Part shown: positions 38,944 through 47,873 of the stretch, in pieces
Position numbering within the stretch: the first letter of the stretch is position 1
Layout of the letters: every line of letters starts with the position of its first letter
IMG/VR virus record: IMGVR_UViG_3300033150_001569
Span: 58,308 to 122,307 of that record
Strand: one strand, 5' to 3'
From: a virus
Length of the DNA stretch: 64,000 nucleotides
Notes under the pieces: generated by a model
Told to the model about the DNA's origin: nothing
The model's database searches: none
What the model saw: the letters and a program-made list of their open reading frames with translations, nothing else
Made by a program: the position numbers and the translations under genes

Positions 38944-39062
38944 CTACCAAGAATAACGATTGGCACGATAGTGGCGGGGGTTATGACGATATAAAGCTTT
39001 ATATGAAACAAGATATAATGTAACCGTAACAAAGGATTAGTATAATTAACGAGGTTTTTATT

Positions 39063-39812
39063 ATGAATAAATTATTTTTATTGTTAATTTTAATAATTTC
39101 TGGATGTGCTTCTGATTATAGATTTATTCCAATGCCACAAGTTGAAAATATTGATGAAGTAATAGGAGTTATTGATAGTAATTTAGATGATTATGGACTT
39201 ATTAATTGCGGTGTTAATACATATTATAGGACTGGATATTATTTGGTTGCTTTAGAAAAACATAATAAACTTGATGCTGATAGGGTACAAGGATTTTGCG
39301 ATGCTTTAGAATTATCAAAATTCAATGGTGGATTTAAAAGGTACCCTGATTATGATGAAACTAAAGAAGATGCCTTATGTACCAGGGATGACTATAAACT
39401 TATATGGTTAGCACTTTTCTACGGTAAAAAGTATCATCAATGTGCCACAGATTTGTTAACATATGCATCTGAAAATTCAAAACTTGCAAAAGATGTATGG
39501 TTAGGTTTTGCTTCTTATTATAAAAGAATTTTTAAAAATGGTAATAGTGCACCATTGGCAGATATTGATACATTCATAAGGGCAAAGATTACATGTTCAA
39601 AACCAATAAATGAAACTTCTGATAAGTTATTATTTGCTCCTGAATTAATTATTGCAAGAGATGTTACACCAACTTATTATTCTAATAAATCCGATAGTTT
39701 TTGTCATGATAAGGTTGATTTTAATTATGCATTGGATGTTTATTATGGTGAAAATAGTCCAGATTGTCCATATTGTGGAGATTTTAAACAATTATTAAAG
39801 GGTTTACTGTAA
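39063..39812 (+). CDS. Cys-rich lipoprotein
   Basis: Lipobox MNKLFLLLILIISG|C; many cysteines. Confidence 0.7.
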   Translation: MNKLFLLLILIISGCASDYRFIPMPQVENIDEVIGVIDSNLDDYGLINCGVNTYYRTGYYLVALEKHNKLDADRVQGFCDALELSKFNGGFKRYPDYDETKEDALCTRDDYKLIWLALFYGKKYHQCATDLLTYASENSKLAKDVWLGFASYYKRIFKNGNSAPLADIDTFIRAKITCSKPINETSDKLLFAPELIIARDVTPTYYSNKSDSFCHDKVDFNYALDVYYGENSPDCPYCGDFKQLLKGLL

Positions 39813-39840
39813 TGTAGAAAAAATATTACGAAAAAATTAT

Positions 39841-40074
39841 ACAAAATTAAGAAATTATTTTAATAAATATCAAATGGAAGATATAGTTGGTTATACAATA
39901 AATCAATTAAAACAAAGATTATAAATTAATTTTCAATATTGTATTACAATTGATAATCATAAACCTATTTTTCATTTTAATTTTACATCTTATAAAGATA
40001 AACAATTTAAATTATATTGGTCATTAGCAAATTTACAATTATTATAAACAAAAGATAATAATTTTATAGATTAA
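39841..40074 (+). pseudogene. Decayed HNH homing endonuclease
   Basis: Single frame with internal stops: MEDIVGYTINQLKQRL*INFQYCITIDNHKPIFHFNFTSYKDKQFKLYWSLANLQLL*TKDN, matching the GY..LK.HL...IDHI.P..F.F......F..CW.L.NLQPL...N family pattern. Confidence 0.7.
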
Positions 40075-40092
40075 ATAATCATAGGAAATATT

Positions 40093-40551
40093 ATGAGTAT
40101 AAAACGTAAAAAAGATGAAAAAAAAATTATAGAACATGCAGAAGTTCAAAAAGCAATTCTTGAAATAGTTAGAGAAGATCAAATTAAATTAAAAAATTCA
40201 GTTGAAGAATTAACTAAGTCAGTAATTGAAACAAATTCAAATCAAAAAAATATTTCTACAACTTTAGAAGAATTAAAAATTGATATAAAAGATAATTATA
40301 TTGATTTAAAAAAACAAATAAATGGTAAATATAAAGATTTAGATGAAAGAGTTGATGAAGCTAATAATAAAATTGATACTGAAATAACAAAAAAAGAAAC
40401 AACATTTAAGGTTATAGCTTTTATAGTAGTATTACTTACAATTATAAGTCTTAGTTTAACTATAACATTTAATTATAAAAGAATTAATAATTTTAATTCA
40501 ACAAAGACAATATCAGAATTACCAATTCCCAATGCTAGTGCAGGGAATTAA
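40093..40551 (+). CDS. Coiled-coil protein with C-terminal transmembrane helix (XhlA/holin-associated-like)
   Basis: Long heptad region followed by VIAFIVVLLTIISLSLTITF. Confidence 0.55.
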   Translation: MSIKRKKDEKKIIEHAEVQKAILEIVREDQIKLKNSVEELTKSVIETNSNQKNISTTLEELKIDIKDNYIDLKKQINGKYKDLDERVDEANNKIDTEITKKETTFKVIAFIVVLLTIISLSLTITFNYKRINNFNSTKTISELPIPNASAGN

Positions 40552-40583
40552 TATTTTTAAATTTATATTAAAAGGAGATTAAA

Positions 40584-40877
40584 ATGGACGAGAAAAAAGG
40601 AATTAAAGAATTTATGGAAATTTTGGAAGCTGCAAAATCTATTACTTTTACATCATTTGATGCTTTCAAAGATGGATTTCAACTTGATGATTTGGCAAAA
40701 TTTGGTCCTTGTTTTACAAAAGTAAAAGATGCAATTAAAGGTTATAAAGAAGTTATTCCAGAATTAAAAGATATAGATCAAGAAGAAACAGAAGTTATTG
40801 CAGTATTTGCTATTAGATTTGCATATGGACTAAAAGATAAAATTAAAGAATTGAAAGAAGCAAAAAAAGAAGTTTAA
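40584..40877 (+). CDS. Hypothetical protein (lysis region)
   Basis: Strong AAGGAG RBS; followed by a terminator. Confidence 0.65.
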   Translation: MDEKKGIKEFMEILEAAKSITFTSFDAFKDGFQLDDLAKFGPCFTKVKDAIKGYKEVIPELKDIDQEETEVIAVFAIRFAYGLKDKIKELKEAKKEV

Positions 40878-40925
40878 GTTGTTGAATAATTAAAAATAAC
40901 TTATCTACCATGTGTAGAAAAAGCT

Positions 40926-40957
40926 AAAGGGAAGTGGGTTATCCTACTTCCCTTTTT
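40926..40957 (+). terminator. Rho-independent terminator
   Basis: AAAGGGAAGTGGG-ttat-CCTACTTCCCTTTTT. Confidence 0.8.
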
Positions 40958-40972
40958 ATTATGGAGAATATT

Positions 40973-41239
40973 ATGACAGATTTTCTTAAAAAAATTACAG
41001 GATTTGAATTTTTTATGAAAAGTAAAAGATTTTTTATAACAGCATTTTCAATATTATTTATATCTATTTTGTCAATTATAATATTTTTTAAAACTGGTAA
41101 TATTCAAATAGCACAAACTGCATTTCAATTTGTTAGTTATATTGCTATGACTTATTTAGGATTACAAACTGCATCAGACAAATTAAGTGATTGGATTAAA
41201 GGAAAAAACGATAATAATAACAATAACTTAAAGAAATAA
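40973..41239 (+). CDS. Putative holin (2 TM)
   Basis: KSKRFFITAF..TM1..TM2..YLGLQTASD with a charged tail; ATG 40973 follows GGAG (the track's GTG lies inside the terminator). Confidence 0.6.
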   Translation: MTDFLKKITGFEFFMKSKRFFITAFSILFISILSIIIFFKTGNIQIAQTAFQFVSYIAMTYLGLQTASDKLSDWIKGKNDNNNNNLKK

Positions 41240-41302
41240 TTGACATTTTTAAATTTATAGATTATATATTTAATATAATACTATTAATTAGAAGGAGTTA
41301 TT

Positions 41303-42388
41303 ATGAAATTTAAAAAATTAAAACAAATAATTCTAATATTATTAACATTACCATTATTAATATCTTGTTCTCATTGCAATCAACATTTAAATGATGATAT
41401 AGCACCATCACCTAGTAAACATAATTATCATAGATTATTATTTAATGTTCATAAAAATAATAAAACAATATTACAAACAGGTATTGCTAATATTAGTATT
41501 AAAGAAGGTGAATCAATTAATGATATAGGAATAGATATCTATGGATTTTATACAGGTAAATTAATTATTAGTTCTGAAAATTGTTTATTTAATGAGCTTT
41601 ATACTCGTTATACAGGTGATCAATATATTCCAATTTCTTCATTAATGCCAAAACAAGATATTAAATATCGATGTATTTTTAGTTTTGAACAATCTCCAGA
41701 TCAATTAAGTGATAAAGAAGATAGAGCACATTTTATAAAATTAATAGGAAAGGTTGAAATAAATTATATTGCTGATACAGAAGATAGTAAATATGAACCT
41801 TCTAAAATAGAATACATACAAGCCAATAGCACCTATGATGGTACTTATTTAAAATTATATTCATTTGAAGGTCAAGGAAGTATACAAATGTTAGGAGGAA
41901 AAATTGGAATGTATAAATCTTTCAATGTTATTACTCCTAGTAATTATGGAAAGATTATTTTAAAAGGTTGTGGTAATGATCATCAAAGAAATTATAATAA
42001 TCAAATTGAAAATATAACTTTTAAAGAAGTTTTTGGTAAAGATAATATTAATACTAATGATTCTTGTTTACTTGAAATAACTAGTATTCCAGGAGAAGAT
42101 TTACCTAATTATACTTCTAGATTTGATATTAATATTTATAGTGATAGTGTTGTCAGACTCGAAGAACCTCAAATAAAAATTATAAAAAAGAGATGGAGAA
42201 AACCTAAATTAGTTATTAAAAGTATGGATTATGTAATTGCTACTAAAATAAATAATAAAGAATATCTTGGTAATTATGTTAAAATCAAATATGATAAAAA
42301 TAAAGAATATCTTATTATCATTTATACAAAAGTAGGTCGTAGTCGTGCGTTAATTTATAAAAATGGTAAAATTTTATGGAGGGAATAA
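41303..42388 (+). CDS. Beta-rich lipoprotein
   Basis: Lipobox LLTLPLLIS|C; several cysteines; AAGGAG RBS. Confidence 0.7.
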   Translation: MKFKKLKQIILILLTLPLLISCSHCNQHLNDDIAPSPSKHNYHRLLFNVHKNNKTILQTGIANISIKEGESINDIGIDIYGFYTGKLIISSENCLFNELYTRYTGDQYIPISSLMPKQDIKYRCIFSFEQSPDQLSDKEDRAHFIKLIGKVEINYIADTEDSKYEPSKIEYIQANSTYDGTYLKLYSFEGQGSIQMLGGKIGMYKSFNVITPSNYGKIILKGCGNDHQRNYNNQIENITFKEVFGKDNINTNDSCLLEITSIPGEDLPNYTSRFDINIYSDSVVRLEEPQIKIIKKRWRKPKLVIKSMDYVIATKINNKEYLGNYVKIKYDKNKEYLIIIYTKVGRSRALIYKNGKILWRE

Positions 42389-42391
42389 ATT

Positions 42392-42835
42392 ATGGATTTT
42401 GGTTTAATAAAAATAATACTTCAAATAATAATTAATATTGTAAAGTTCTTTTGGGATATATGGGCAAATAAAAAGAAATATGATAAAGAAGAACTTGAAT
42501 TAAAAAATAAACATCTTAATGAATTAGTAAATCTTTCAAAAATGCTTACTATTCGTAATAAAGAGCTTGTTATACAAAATGAAAAAGATTTTCTTGCAAA
42601 TCTTACAGAAGCAAAAAAAATTCGTTTTAAAGAATATAATAATTTTATTCTTGAAGCTCTTAATAAAGGTAGTACTTGTATGCAGTTAAGAGAAATAAAA
42701 CAATTAGGAATTGGGCGGCGTGTCATAGTTTCAATTGAATCAAATGATGAAATTATTAATATTGTAGGAGATAAATTCAAAACTAACGAACAGAAAGCTC
42801 TTGCTATCTCTGATATAATAATCAAAATAAAATAA
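42392..42835 (+). CDS. Membrane-anchored coiled-coil protein
   Basis: N-terminal hydrophobic helix followed by a charged helical region. Confidence 0.55.
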   Translation: MDFGLIKIILQIIINIVKFFWDIWANKKKYDKEELELKNKHLNELVNLSKMLTIRNKELVIQNEKDFLANLTEAKKIRFKEYNNFILEALNKGSTCMQLREIKQLGIGRRVIVSIESNDEIINIVGDKFKTNEQKALAISDIIIKIK

Positions 42836-42945
42836 TTCTTATTATAAATCTTATTATATTTCATATTATTTTTCTTATTATGTAATTTAATATATTTTAT
42901 AACATATTAATATTATTAAAAATATTAAATTTTTTAATATTTTTC

Positions 42946-42974
42946 TTGACAAAATATTTAATATTTGTTATACT
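42946..42974 (+). promoter_or_regulatory. Sigma70-type promoter with extended -10
   Basis: TTGACA (42946-51), 17-nt spacer, TGT-TATACT (42969-74); flanked by AATATT-containing inverted repeats. Confidence 0.85.
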
Positions 42975-43020
42975 GTAAACATATTAAGGAAAATAATAAA
43001 AAATAATTACGGAACGTATT

Positions 43021-43206
43021 ATGAAAAATCCTATTCTTGATAAGATAAGAAAAAAGAAAAAAATTAAGAAAATTCCAAAGAGTATTTCTATTACAAATAT
43101 TATTTTAGATAAATTAATATATCATTGTGATACTGAAGAAATAGATGTAAGTGAATTAACAGAAGAATTATATATTGAATATTTAGAAAAAAATAAATTA
43201 TTATAA
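43021..43206 (+). CDS. Ribbon-helix-helix DNA-binding protein
   Basis: KIPKSISITNIILDKL...DVSELTEELYIEYLEK. Confidence 0.65.
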   Translation: MKNPILDKIRKKKKIKKIPKSISITNIILDKLIYHCDTEEIDVSELTEELYIEYLEKNKLL

Positions 43207-43217
43207 TAGGAGAACAT

Positions 43218-44162
43218 ATGCAATTATCAAAAGCACAAGAATATATTATAGGTATAATAAAAGAAACAGGAGAAGTAACAGCACAAAAATTAGCAAAAAT
43301 ATTATTTCCAAAAGATATTAATCAATATGGATATGCAACTCCCGAATCCAGTTATAAAGTAGCTTCAATTTTAGATAATTTTGTAAATTCACATTTATTA
43401 ATTAAAAATGATGGTAATTATTCAATTAAAAAGGAGGAAGTTATGGAAATAAATACTGAAATAAGTTATAATACATTAGCAGATTTTAAAGAGAATGTAT
43501 CAGATGAAGAAATAACATTTCATGATTTAAATAATGATTTTGCTATAATTTTAACAAATTTAGATATGTTAAGCAAAGAAGAAGAAATTCCAGAAAAATT
43601 TAGAAAAAAATTAGCAAAAATTTTTGATAGAACAAAAAAATGTTATAAAGTAATAAAAGATAATATTTTTGATTCATTTGAAAAAAATATTAATATCGAT
43701 ATAATAATTAAAGATATTTTATCAGAATGGGAATTAAGTGAAGTATATTTAACTAAAAATATAAATAATTTAAAATTAAAAACCAAACCAAAAATTATTA
43801 AAAGTATTATTAGAAATATGGTTTCAAATTCAGTAAGAGAATTACAACAAATTAATTCAACTAAAAAATTGTCAATAAGTTGTGGTATTGAAAATAATAA
43901 TAATGTAATAATAATAGAAGATAATGGAAAAGGAATTAAAGAAGAAGATCTTGATAAAATATTTAAAAAAGGTTATAGCAAATATGGTTCAAGTGGAAAG
44001 GGATTATGTTATTGTTATAATAAAATAAAAGAAATGGGTGGTAAATTACATGTTTCATCAAATACTCTAGAAAGAAGAACTAGTTTTACAATAATATTAC
44101 CAATAAATATAAAGAAGAAAAATAATCATGGTACTAATAAAAGTATTTCTAATACTGAATGA
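43218..44162 (+). CDS. Winged-HTH - histidine kinase (HisKA-like + HATPase_c) fusion
   Basis: N-terminal LSKAQEYIIGIIKETGEVTAQKLAKIL; H box FHDLNN; N box NMVSNS; G1 EDNGKGI; F box IFKKGYS; G2 SGKGL; no TM helix. Confidence 0.8.
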   Translation: MQLSKAQEYIIGIIKETGEVTAQKLAKILFPKDINQYGYATPESSYKVASILDNFVNSHLLIKNDGNYSIKKEEVMEINTEISYNTLADFKENVSDEEITFHDLNNDFAIILTNLDMLSKEEEIPEKFRKKLAKIFDRTKKCYKVIKDNIFDSFEKNINIDIIIKDILSEWELSEVYLTKNINNLKLKTKPKIIKSIIRNMVSNSVRELQQINSTKKLSISCGIENNNNVIIIEDNGKGIKEEDLDKIFKKGYSKYGSSGKGLCYCYNKIKEMGGKLHVSSNTLERRTSFTIILPINIKKKNNHGTNKSISNTE

Positions 44163-44438
44163 TTAAAGTTTCCCTTTTTCAAATATAAATAAATTACAAT
44201 TTAAAGTTTTATATAAATATTTAATTAAATTTACAAATTCTAAATTTTCTTCTTTTAAATCTTTTAATTCTAATTCTTTTAATATTTTATCAATATCAAT
44301 AATATATTTAAATTGATTATTTTTATTATTCTTTATTTTTATTAAATTATATAATTCTTTTCCTCTTGTTTTAATTTCTAATGAACTATAAAAATATTTA
44401 ATTATTAGATCTTTCATTTTAATTTCATCAATTATCAT
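44163..44438 (-). CDS. Hypothetical protein
   Basis: GAGG RBS; its stop codon abuts the kinase stop codon exactly. Confidence 0.6.
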   Translation of the reverse strand: MIIDEIKMKDLIIKYFYSSLEIKTRGKELYNLIKIKNNKNNQFKYIIDIDKILKELELKDLKEENLEFVNLIKYLYKTLNCNLFIFEKGKL

Positions 44439-44473
44439 AAATACCTCTATAAAATTTATTGTTTATTTATAAA

Positions 44474-45040
44474 TTAATTATCCTTATTTAAATAAGTAAT
44501 TATTCCATTAGTAATTGAATTAGAAATTTTTATTTGATTTTCAGGATTTAATAAATATTTTAATTCATTTTTATTTGACATAAATCCACATTCAATCAAA
44601 CATGATGGCATTTTTGTATTTTTTAAAACATATAAATTACTTCTTTCTTTTAAACCACGATTATTTAAATTAATATTTTTTTCTAATTCATTTAAAATAA
44701 TATTTGATAAAATTTTTCCATCATTAGAATTTGTATAATATATTATTTCAAATCCATTAGCAGATACAATTTTACTAGCATTATGATGTATACTAACAAA
44801 TAGTGTTGAATTTATTGAATTTGCAATTTTACATCTATGATTTAAAGATAAATATTCATCCATATATCTAGTCATATATACAGAATAATTATAATTTGAT
44901 AATTGCGAATAAATTAAACTAGCAATTATAAGATTAATATCTTTTTCATTTATATTATTATAAATAGCACCAAAATCATCACCTGAATGTCCAGGATCTA
45001 ACATTATGATTTTATTATTTTTTTTATTGTTTATAGTCAT
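44474..45040 (-). CDS. N-acetylmuramoyl-L-alanine amidase (Amidase_3), probable endolysin
   Basis: IMLDPGHSG, EKDINL, FVSIHHNA, LYVLKNTKMPSCLIECGFMSN. Confidence 0.95.
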   Translation of the reverse strand: MTINNKKNNKIIMLDPGHSGDDFGAIYNNINEKDINLIIASLIYSQLSNYNYSVYMTRYMDEYLSLNHRCKIANSINSTLFVSIHHNASKIVSANGFEIIYYTNSNDGKILSNIILNELEKNINLNNRGLKERSNLYVLKNTKMPSCLIECGFMSNKNELKYLLNPENQIKISNSITNGIITYLNKDN

Positions 45041-47147
45041 ATAAATCCTCTATATTAATATCTTTAAACAATTCTTTCATTAAATAATGTCCATATTCTA
45101 TTATAACTCTATATTCAGCATTATGAGTACGAAAATATTCTCTATCACTATATTTATTATTAAGTTCTATATTTAATTTATTAACATAATAATTATTTTT
45201 AATTTTATTATTTAATATATCATATATTAATTCACTTATAATTCTACCTTCACAACCATAATTAAAATTTAATCTACCACTAAATCTATTAACAATATTA
45301 TTAAAATGACCATTAAAAGGTTTTATTTCTTTTTTAATATAATTTTTAGGAAAATTTAAATATTTATATTCAGGATGTATTATATAATTTCTATTATCAT
45401 TTTTAGGTAATTTTCTACTTTTTAACCAATTATTTATTAATTTAATAACATCTTTTGAATTTGTTTCTTCAATATATAAATTACAATTAAATGAATAATC
45501 CCACATTTTTTCAGATGGATATTTAGATTTTGAATTAATACTAATAACAGGTTTATTAAATGCCGTAGCAATATGACACGATCCAGTATTTAAACCTAAA
45601 TAAAAATCACATTGACTTATTATTGACATCATCATTCTTGATATTTTTTCATTTTCCCAATTTGGAAATCCACAATTTTTATTATAATATCTTAATTCTT
45701 GGCAAACATTTTTTAATGTTTTATTATCAAATTTATTACCTGTTTTAAAATATTCTTTAGCATAACCAATTTGTATAATAAAAAAATTATCTTTTAAATT
45801 ATCAACAATTTTCTGATAATTTTTAATATTCCAAATTAAATTTCCTTGTGTTTCACCATCTGTATGTATAGCTAAAACTGGAAGATTTTTAATATTATAT
45901 TTATTTATTTGTTTCTTTGCCCATTGTATTTCTTTATCAGTTAAAAATAATTTTGGTTTATTTCCAACATGATCAATATAATTTCCCATTACTTGTGGAT
46001 ATAATCTTTTTTCTTTAAGAGTAACAACATAATCATCATCATGAGTATATAAATTACAATAAGGATTATTTTCTAGTATGTTAATATGAATATTATTTTT
46101 ATGAAAATAAATATTTAATTTTTGATTATTATTATTTTCATAAATTCTTTTAATATGACCAGATATAATTACTGTATCTCCTATTTTCATATTATTAGGA
46201 ATATAATATTTAAATTTATTTATATTATTTTTTAATACAGTTGTACTATTTTTTAGTACAACTTCATTATTAACAATAAAGTTTGGATATTTTATTTTAA
46301 TTAATTCTTCAAAATAATCATATATCTTATTATAATTAATATTATTTTTACATAAATTAAAATTTTTAATTTTAGAACAATATGGGGATTCATAGCATGG
46401 AAAACAAGGTACAAATTCTTTATTTGGCATTAATGATTTATAATTTTTATAATATCTAATTCTAGAATCTGGATAAATATTATGAAAAATAGATATAAAT
46501 GGAATATCAAATGCTCCTGCAATATGTATTGCACTAGAATCACAACCTATTACTAAATCTGATATTGCTATTAAACATATATATTCATAATATGAAATAT
46601 TAATATCATCTGTTACTATAAAATTAATATCTTGATTAGATAAAAAATATAATATATTTTGTTTAATTTTTGGTAATAATGTTCTATAAATATTTGATGC
46701 TTTATAATTAAAAATTACTAATGGTTTATTATCTTTTTTATATTGATTTTTATAAGTAATATAATCTTCTTGTGGTAATTTTAAATAAGTTTTTTTATCT
46801 TTTATATAAGATAAATTAAATAATTCAAAAATTTGATCATGTCTATTTGTATTTTGAGGAATATAATTTTCATAATACCATGAAATATCTTTTATTTCAT
46901 ATCCTTTATTTTTATATTTATTAATTATTTCTTCATGTTTAATATGATTTTTATAAGGAATTGAAATAAATTCAATATCAGATAATAACTTTTGTTCTGC
47001 TTCTATATATTTATCTAATGTGACAAAAATAATTTTATTATATTTTTCTTTTAAATAAGGAATAATTGAAAATGTTATAAAATTATCTCCTATTCCACCT
47101 TCACGTAATATTAATAAATTAGATTTTTTATTTTTTATCATTTCCAT
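45024..47147 (-). CDS. Tandem double glycosyltransferase family 9 (heptosyltransferase-like)
   Basis: Domain 1: REGGIGDNF...DLVIGCDSSAIHIAGAFDIP. Domain 2: KIGDTVI..LENNPY...DFYLGLNTGSCHIATAFNKP. Confidence 0.85.
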   Translation of the reverse strand: MEMIKNKKSNLLILREGGIGDNFITFSIIPYLKEKYNKIIFVTLDKYIEAEQKLLSDIEFISIPYKNHIKHEEIINKYKNKGYEIKDISWYYENYIPQNTNRHDQIFELFNLSYIKDKKTYLKLPQEDYITYKNQYKKDNKPLVIFNYKASNIYRTLLPKIKQNILYFLSNQDINFIVTDDINISYYEYICLIAISDLVIGCDSSAIHIAGAFDIPFISIFHNIYPDSRIRYYKNYKSLMPNKEFVPCFPCYESPYCSKIKNFNLCKNNINYNKIYDYFEELIKIKYPNFIVNNEVVLKNSTTVLKNNINKFKYYIPNNMKIGDTVIISGHIKRIYENNNNQKLNIYFHKNNIHINILENNPYCNLYTHDDDYVVTLKEKRLYPQVMGNYIDHVGNKPKLFLTDKEIQWAKKQINKYNIKNLPVLAIHTDGETQGNLIWNIKNYQKIVDNLKDNFFIIQIGYAKEYFKTGNKFDNKTLKNVCQELRYYNKNCGFPNWENEKISRMMMSIISQCDFYLGLNTGSCHIATAFNKPVISINSKSKYPSEKMWDYSFNCNLYIEETNSKDVIKLINNWLKSRKLPKNDNRNYIIHPEYKYLNFPKNYIKKEIKPFNGHFNNIVNRFSGRLNFNYGCEGRIISELIYDILNNKIKNNYYVNKLNIELNNKYSDREYFRTHNAEYRVIIEYGHYLMKELFKDINIEDLYDYKQ

Positions 47148-47321
47148 ATTTTCTTGTTATATATGGTATATCATCACTATTTTAATAACCTTTATTAATA
47201 GTATATTTTATTATTTTTTTTTACAATTTTCACAAACAATACGATCATAATTATAACTTATATTTTGTTTATATCCACAATTAATACAAATAATGTAATT
47301 TGTTTTATATATATACTTTAC

Positions 47322-47873
47322 CTATTTAATTTTTTTAAATACTGCTTCAAATGAATATTCATTAATAATTCCAGTTGAATGAACTAATTTTAAATTACCC
47401 ATTTTATTTGTAATATCAATTAAATATTCTAAACTAAAATTATTTATTTTATGTGCAACATTAGGTAGTGAACCTCTTTTTTCACATGATTTAACATAAG
47501 CTATTTGATTTGGCAAGTAAAGTGCTATATAACCATTAATCTTTACAATTCTTTGCCATTCTTGTAATATAGATTCTGTATTTAAAAAATCTTCTAATGT
47601 ATGCGAACTTACAATATAATCTAATACATTATTTTGAAACCAATAAAGATTTCTACAATCACCTGCTAAATGCTGAATATCATTTCCAGTATAAGCATAT
47701 GCTTGTGGTAAATCCATATTTATAGAATTTTTATTTATTGCATAACCACCAAATCCAATTTCTAATCCCATTCCCTTTAAATAAGTTTTGAATTTTTCAC
47801 TTACTTTATTTGATTCTGGTTGATAAGATTTATCTTTATGTTTTGGATTAAATCCATTAAAATTATTTTCCAT
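47322..47873 (-). CDS. Class I SAM-dependent methyltransferase (type 11)
   Basis: GLEIGFGG, DYIVSSHTLED, LQEWQRIVKINGYIALYLP. Confidence 0.9.
   Translation of the reverse strand: MENNFNGFNPKHKDKSYQPESNKVSEKFKTYLKGMGLEIGFGGYAINKNSINMDLPQAYAYTGNDIQHLAGDCRNLYWFQNNVLDYIVSSHTLEDFLNTESILQEWQRIVKINGYIALYLPNQIAYVKSCEKRGSLPNVAHKINNFSLEYLIDITNKMGNLKLVHSTGIINEYSFEAVFKKIK

Noticed and set aside
37068-39060. Diversity-generating retroelement or invertible shufflon acting on fibre tips
   Set aside because: No reverse transcriptase, no TR/VR pair with adenine-specific mismatches, and no invertase or repeated crossover sites seen in the window.
41240-41270. Sigma70 promoter before the 361-aa lipoprotein
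   Set aside because: TTGACA is present, but the best -10 (TATATT) sits at 19-nt spacing in very AT-rich DNA; not convincing.
3016-42864. Minus-strand ORFs at 3016, 4430, 7717, 12629, 15732, 17387, 24371, 25828, 32733, 33019, 35401, 36031 and 42421
   Set aside because: Antisense shadows of well-supported plus-strand genes, with no RBS or motifs.
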